Shown here piece after piece: positions 7,351 to 10,740 of a stretch of 10,740 nucleotides of DNA (within the stretch, counting starts at the first letter, position 1; each line of letters begins with the position of its first letter). The DNA lies in the UHGV virus genome UHGV-1944544; one strand, given 5' to 3'. This DNA is from a virus. The notes below the pieces were generated by a model. It saw only the letters and a list, made by a program, of their open reading frames with translations. It had not been told where the DNA came from and made no database searches. A program made the position numbers and the translations under genes.

Positions 7351-7564
7351 GTAAAAAAACTGAAGTTTTATGTTACAAAAGCAAACATCTACGCCAAAAT
7401 GACCTAGGCCAAATTCAGCGCGAATAAAAAATTCAAAAAAATTGTTGACACTATTCTGGAAATCACAATCTGGACAAAATCCATTACGCAAACGGCTCCC
7501 GTTGAAGGTTCTTTTGACGACTAACTTTCAGCCGATGCGCGGTAGGGAGTCATAACGCCAAAGC

Positions 7565-7589
7565 AGGCCGCCATGTGCGGCCTTTTTTT
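7565..7589 (+). terminator. Strong intrinsic-terminator-like hairpin in the leader of the 7616 gene
   Basis: AGGCCGC / GCGGCCT 7-bp stem with loop CATGT, followed by seven T. Plus-oriented, ending 26 bp before ATG 7616, with no plus-strand gene immediately upstream. Confidence 0.6.
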
Positions 7590-7615
7590 GTGCCTGCTAT
7601 CGTGGAGTAAAAGCC

Positions 7616-8269
7616 ATGCAAAAGATCGCAATATTCAGCCTTTCTACTAACAAGCCGCTGATGGCTACAGCAGTCCTGAAAGACGGCGCGCTTGTAATTG
7701 ACAAAGTAAAGCCGCTCCCTGCATCTGCTATTGAACAAAAACGAAAAATTCCACCAGTAATTGCCGAGCTGCGTAAAAGTGAATTTAAGGTGCTGGTTGA
7801 CGAAATCACGCCAACCATTTCAGCCGGTACAGGTGCCAGCCAGGTAACATTAAAAACACGGCACGCCGACGGCAGAGCAGCGATCATTGTCGGCATGGAG
7901 AGATACCGGGAGCTGAAACTACAAAGGCTGCTATCCCTGCCTGACAAGAACAAAGGGGCATTTGAGATCCCCGACTCTATCGTCGATACCGAATACAACG
8001 GCAACGGTGAAGAGGTTTATCGAGTTAACTGGCAAGATATCCGACCAGAGCACATCCTGATGATTCTGTGCTGCTATGCAACGGTATACCACAATGTTGC
8101 CAGCGCGGATTACCTGAAACAAATGACAGGAGCGGTAGAGAAAGAAAACAAAGCAGGGATAATGGCCTCGTTCCTGTCCATTATCAGCGATCAAAAAGCT
8201 AAAGCAGGAAATACCCAACCAAAATCGCTGGCCGGGCAAGTAATTGATGAAGATACGGTGATACTTTAA
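7616..8269 (+). CDS. hypothetical protein (217 aa)
   Basis: ATG 7616 with GGAG 8 nt upstream. No signal peptide, no transmembrane segment and no recognised motif. Confidence 0.7.
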   Translation: MQKIAIFSLSTNKPLMATAVLKDGALVIDKVKPLPASAIEQKRKIPPVIAELRKSEFKVLVDEITPTISAGTGASQVTLKTRHADGRAAIIVGMERYRELKLQRLLSLPDKNKGAFEIPDSIVDTEYNGNGEEVYRVNWQDIRPEHILMILCCYATVYHNVASADYLKQMTGAVEKENKAGIMASFLSIISDQKAKAGNTQPKSLAGQVIDEDTVIL

Positions 8270-8541
8270 TCAACTCAGTAGCTTTGTTAACTCCCTTAAT
8301 ACCAGGTAGAAGAGTAACAAAAATACTAACGCCAGTATTTGCGTGGTCAACGAGGCGTTCATAAACAGAACAATTAGCTTTAACAATTCGAGAATAACGT
8401 CCATGTCATTCACACTATTTAATTTTTAATCTACAGCCAGCAAACAATGAAGCTGCCCCCCGCATAAAGATTAATGAAAGTCACTTGTTGACAGTCAATA
8501 AATTCAGTGCGGCGAAGAAACTCTGTCTATACGGATAGTGC

Positions 8542-8579
8542 TTGCATTTTGCCCTTTCCGCGTGTAGTGTGTATACACA
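8542..8579 (+). promoter_or_regulatory. Putative higBA promoter with a 12-bp palindromic operator (TGTGTATACACA)
   Basis: Perfect palindrome at 8568-8579 overlapping a candidate -10 (TATACA, 8572-8577), with -35 TTGCCC at 8549-8554 (17-bp spacer); an alternative pairing is TTGCAT 8542-8547 with TAGTGT 8565-8570. It lies 26-37 bp upstream of the higB start. Confidence 0.4.
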
Positions 8580-8604
8580 AGTCACGCACACGGATGGAAT
8601 TATT

Positions 8605-8886
8605 TTGATTAAGTCATTTCGCCATAAGGGGCTTGAACGCTTTTTCAAGACAGGTTCAACCGCAGGCATTCAGACCAAACATGCGGTTAAGCTACGCATT
8701 CAATTGACTGCTCTTAATACAGCTAAACGCCCGGACGATATGTCTGCGCCTGGATGGGAATTACACCCACTAAAGGGGGCGGACCTTAAAGGTCACTGGG
8801 CAATATCGGTAAACGGTAACTGGCGACTTACCTTCCGATTTGAAGGAGAAGACGCAATTCTAGTTGACTATCAGGATTATCATTGA
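8605..8886 (+). CDS. higB: HigB toxin (RelE/ParE superfamily, plasmid-maintenance-killer type), about 93 aa
   Basis: From TTG 8605 the product reads (M)[13 protein letters not shown]...[41 protein letters not shown], matching the HigB signature (MIKSFxHKGL ... HPLKGD..G.W.I.V..NWR.TF.F...DA.I..Y.DYH). GGATGGA Shine-Dalgarno at 8592-8598. The track ORF opens earlier, at TTG 8542. Confidence 0.85.
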   Translation: MIKSFRHKGLERFFKTGSTAGIQTKHAVKLRIQLTALNTAKRPDDMSAPGWELHPLKGADLKGHWAISVNGNWRLTFRFEGEDAILVDYQDYH

Positions 8887-8894
8887 GGAACACT

Positions 8895-9176
8895 ATGAGT
8901 CGTATGCATAATCCCGCGCATCCAGGCGCGGTTCTTCGTGAATATTTGGGAGACATGTCAGTCACAGACGCAGCTGCTGCATTAGGCATTACTCGCACGG
9001 CACTTTCCCGAATTCTGAACGAAAAAACAGGTATTTCTGCTGATATGGCACTTCGTCTGGAGTCCGCTCTTGGAACCAGTGCCGAAATGTGGACCGGTAT
9101 GCAATCCCAGTATGAGCTTTGGGTTGCTTCGCAAACCGCTCGCCCAAACATCCGTCCATTATTTTCCCACGCATAA
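8895..9176 (+). CDS. higA: HigA antitoxin (XRE-type HTH), about 93 aa
   Basis: From ATG 8895 the product reads [18 protein letters not shown]...[37 protein letters not shown], matching the HigA family (MHNP.HPG ... S...L.GK.GIS..MALRL...GTS.E.W). GAGG Shine-Dalgarno 6 nt upstream; the start is 8 bp after the higB stop. Confidence 0.85.
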   Translation: MSRMHNPAHPGAVLREYLGDMSVTDAAAALGITRTALSRILNEKTGISADMALRLESALGTSAEMWTGMQSQYELWVASQTARPNIRPLFSHA

Positions 9177-9181
9177 TTTTA

Positions 9182-9213
9182 CAGCGTCACCAGGCCAGGT
9201 GACGCTGCTTTCC
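9182..9213 (+). terminator. Candidate terminator after higA
   Basis: Perfect 9-bp stem CAGCGTCAC / GTGACGCTG with an 8-nt loop, followed by CTTTCC, a weak U-tract. Confidence 0.4.
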
Positions 9214-9268
9214 CGCATTTCACACCCTGCATACAGTTCCCCACAGGTTATGACTGTGAGGAACTGTT

Positions 9269-9598
9269 ATGAGTTACAGCAGACTCGACGATCGATGCAT
9301 TGAAGACGATGTGCTGCGCGCACTATTCCATCAGGAGATGATCAAGCGGGTATCGGAGTATCACTCCGATAATTTCCAGTACACGATAAAAATTGATGAG
9401 GTTTATCGCTCAGACCTAGCGGCCTATCGCGCCTATGGCAACGCTGATTTGCGCTGGGTATTTCGCGTGCTGGTGGGCCATGAGTCAGAAATGGAAGAAA
9501 TGCCGGTAGGGACAACGTTAACTCTTCCTGACGCAGCATGGCTAAGAAACAAGATTCGCGATTACGCTGGCTCGGCACCGGAGATAGAAAATGCCTGA
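9269..9598 (+). CDS. hypothetical protein (109 aa); C-terminal part tentatively LysM-like / phage tail-protein-X-like
   Basis: ATG 9269 with GAGGAA 5 nt upstream. The C-terminal segment (YRSDLAAYRAYGNADL...MPVGTTLTLPD) resembles the tail-protein-X pattern as recalled from memory, unverified. Its stop overlaps the start of the next gene (ATGCCTGA). Confidence 0.6.
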   Translation: MSYSRLDDRCIEDDVLRALFHQEMIKRVSEYHSDNFQYTIKIDEVYRSDLAAYRAYGNADLRWVFRVLVGHESEMEEMPVGTTLTLPDAAWLRNKIRDYAGSAPEIENA

Positions 9599-10740
9599 CT
9601 TCCAGAAAAATCAGGACGGGCGATATATCACTGACGGCCTGTCCTCTAAGGATTTCACACGCGTATTTGAACTCATCAGGAAAGAGCAAAACCGCAAACG
9701 CCGCCAGGCGCACAGGACACTCACGCCGGGCAGGCTTAGGAATAAATCAGCCGAAGACATTCTTAAGCTGGGGAAAAAGAAAGGCGGCACGTTCTTTACG
9801 CGTGACGATCTGAAAGGCTTCGAAAAGCTGCGAAGCAAAGCACGCGAAAAATATGACAGCAAGACGGCTGGCATTACATACGCACAACTGGTAGCGTCCA
9901 GCCAGGCTATCGATATTAAGCGAGCAAATAACGCCGTAGACGACGGTTCTGGTATCAAAAGAGCTACGCCCGTATCTCTTCGTCACAATGTGATTAATAT
10001 CCGCGTGGAAGCGTCCGATATATCCGTTCACCAGCACCACATTGTCCGGGTACGTTTTGAAGAATGGGATCAGATAGTCGATGACATCGCAGAAGACGAT
10101 AAATCAGCCCTGAAAGTCACAAAATCACTGTGTGCCGGGCGAGTGTCTTTCGACTGTGACTGCGGTCGCCATCAATACTGGTATCGCTACATCGCCACTG
10201 CGGGTAACTTTGCCCTGGCCCCGCCAAAAGAATACGCCTATCCAAAAGTTCGCAACCCTAAGCTGCAAGGCGTCGCCTGTAAACATGTGATCCACTCAAT
10301 GACACGACTACAGTCTGCCAGTTGGCAGATGAGTATTGCTCGCGCCCTGCAAAAAGCTGCAACGCAAGTTGCCTTTGGTGACGATCGCCGCCGCACGACA
10401 AAACACTTCACAAAAGAAGACGAGAAGGCGTTCAATCGAAACCGTAGCAGCAAAACGAATGTTGAGGCAGCTAAACGTGAATGGAAGCTCTATCAGAAAC
10501 GCCAGGCCGCTTTAAGCTCAAAACTGGCAAAGGACAACGGTAAGATCGACAAGCTGCGCGACCAACTGACCAGGGCCAGAAAGTTATCCGACGCACAGAA
10601 AAAACGGGCAGCGGCAAAAGAAGCTGCTTTGCAACGGGAGAAGCAGAAAAACAAGGAACTTCAGCAACGCCTTGCTGATCAGTTCGCACTGAAGAAGCAG
10701 GCGTTCATTGATGCGCTTGTTATGGCAGGAACACCACCAG
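9591..10740 (+). CDS. large hypothetical protein, partial (at least 383 aa, continues past the window end), with a CxC...CxH putative zinc-binding motif and a basic coiled-coil region
   Basis: Frame translated by hand from ATG 9591 to the window end with no stop codon; GGAG lies 7 nt upstream. Cys cluster FDCDCGRH...(38 aa)...CKHVIH encoded at 10155-10295. From about 10390 onward the sequence is Lys/Arg/Gln/Ala-rich and heptad-like. Absent from the supplied track because it has no in-window stop. Confidence 0.7.
   Translation, partial: MPDFQKNQDGRYITDGLSSKDFTRVFELIRKEQNRKRRQAHRTLTPGRLRNKSAEDILKLGKKKGGTFFTRDDLKGFEKLRSKAREKYDSKTAGITYAQLVASSQAIDIKRANNAVDDGSGIKRATPVSLRHNVINIRVEASDISVHQHHIVRVRFEEWDQIVDDIAEDDKSALKVTKSLCAGRVSFDCDCGRHQYWYRYIATAGNFALAPPKEYAYPKVRNPKLQGVACKHVIHSMTRLQSASWQMSIARALQKAATQVAFGDDRRRTTKHFTKEDEKAFNRNRSSKTNVEAAKREWKLYQKRQAALSSKLAKDNGKIDKLRDQLTRARKLSDAQKKRAAAKEAALQREKQKNKELQQRLADQFALKKQAFIDALVMAGTPP

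Noticed and set aside
7351-7491. N-terminal 47-codon extension of the track ORF 6730-7491
   Set aside because: The extension translates to Phe-rich low-complexity sequence from AT-rich DNA. The internal ATG at 7350 gives a canonical signal peptide, so the extension is taken as non-coding.
7550-8239. Minus-strand ORFs 7550-7738, 7597-8004 and 7931-8239 overlapping the 217-aa gene
   Set aside because: Antisense to a plus-strand ORF that has a proper Shine-Dalgarno and ATG; the 7597-8004 frame also runs through the terminator hairpin and lacks a start context.
8321-8340. Possible terminator after the 217-aa gene (AAATACT / AGTATTT stem)
   Set aside because: The stem is entirely A/T-rich, and no U-tract follows apart from the stem's own T residues; too weak to call.
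8542-8604. Track start of higB at 8542 ([22 protein letters not shown]...)
   Set aside because: The 21 extra codons cover the palindromic operator and candidate promoter and are not HigB-like. The TTG at 8605 gives the canonical MIKSF N-terminus with a GGA-rich Shine-Dalgarno.
8883-8894. Track start of higA at TTG 8883 (MRNT...)
   Set aside because: The ATG at 8895 follows a GAGG Shine-Dalgarno at correct spacing and gives the canonical [11 protein letters not shown] antitoxin N-terminus.
8481-9174. Minus-strand ORFs 8481-8669, 8828-9151 and 8989-9174, and plus-strand ORF 9070-9303, overlapping higB/higA
   Set aside because: higB and higA are confidently identified by family signatures in their own frames; the overlapping frames are artefacts.
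9342-10689. Minus-strand ORFs (9342-9713, 9611-9958, 9747-10040, 10238-10453, 10471-10689) and plus-strand ORF 9538-9813
   Set aside because: They overlap the continuous 383-codon plus-strand frame (9591 to the window end), which has a coupled start and a Shine-Dalgarno. Their translations are Arg/Ser/Leu-rich, as expected for antisense frames of a Lys/Ala-rich gene.

Overview
Enterobacterial-type accessory region, apparently a mosaic mobile-element or prophage-remnant island. It carries two type II toxin-antitoxin modules (hicAB on the minus strand at the left edge; higBA on the plus strand at 8605-9176) bracketing cargo genes of mostly unknown function. The cargo is: a tightly coupled two-gene operon (561 aa and 332 aa, 506-3203); an HTH DNA-binding protein with an uncertain start (3402-4361); a 416-bp structured non-coding region; a small ORF translationally coupled to a Rha-family phage regulatory protein (4778-5943); a minus-strand operon of two signal-peptide proteins (7350-6317); an orphan 217-aa gene with an intrinsic terminator in its leader (7616-8269); and a small gene coupled to a large protein that runs off the window end (9269-10740). 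That last ORF (9591-10740) is absent from the supplied ORF track because it has no in-window stop. I found no rRNA, tRNA, CRISPR array, integrase or transposase. Only the two TA modules and Rha are recognised by family; the other product calls are hypothetical. No searches were run, and all homology statements rest on recalled family hallmarks.
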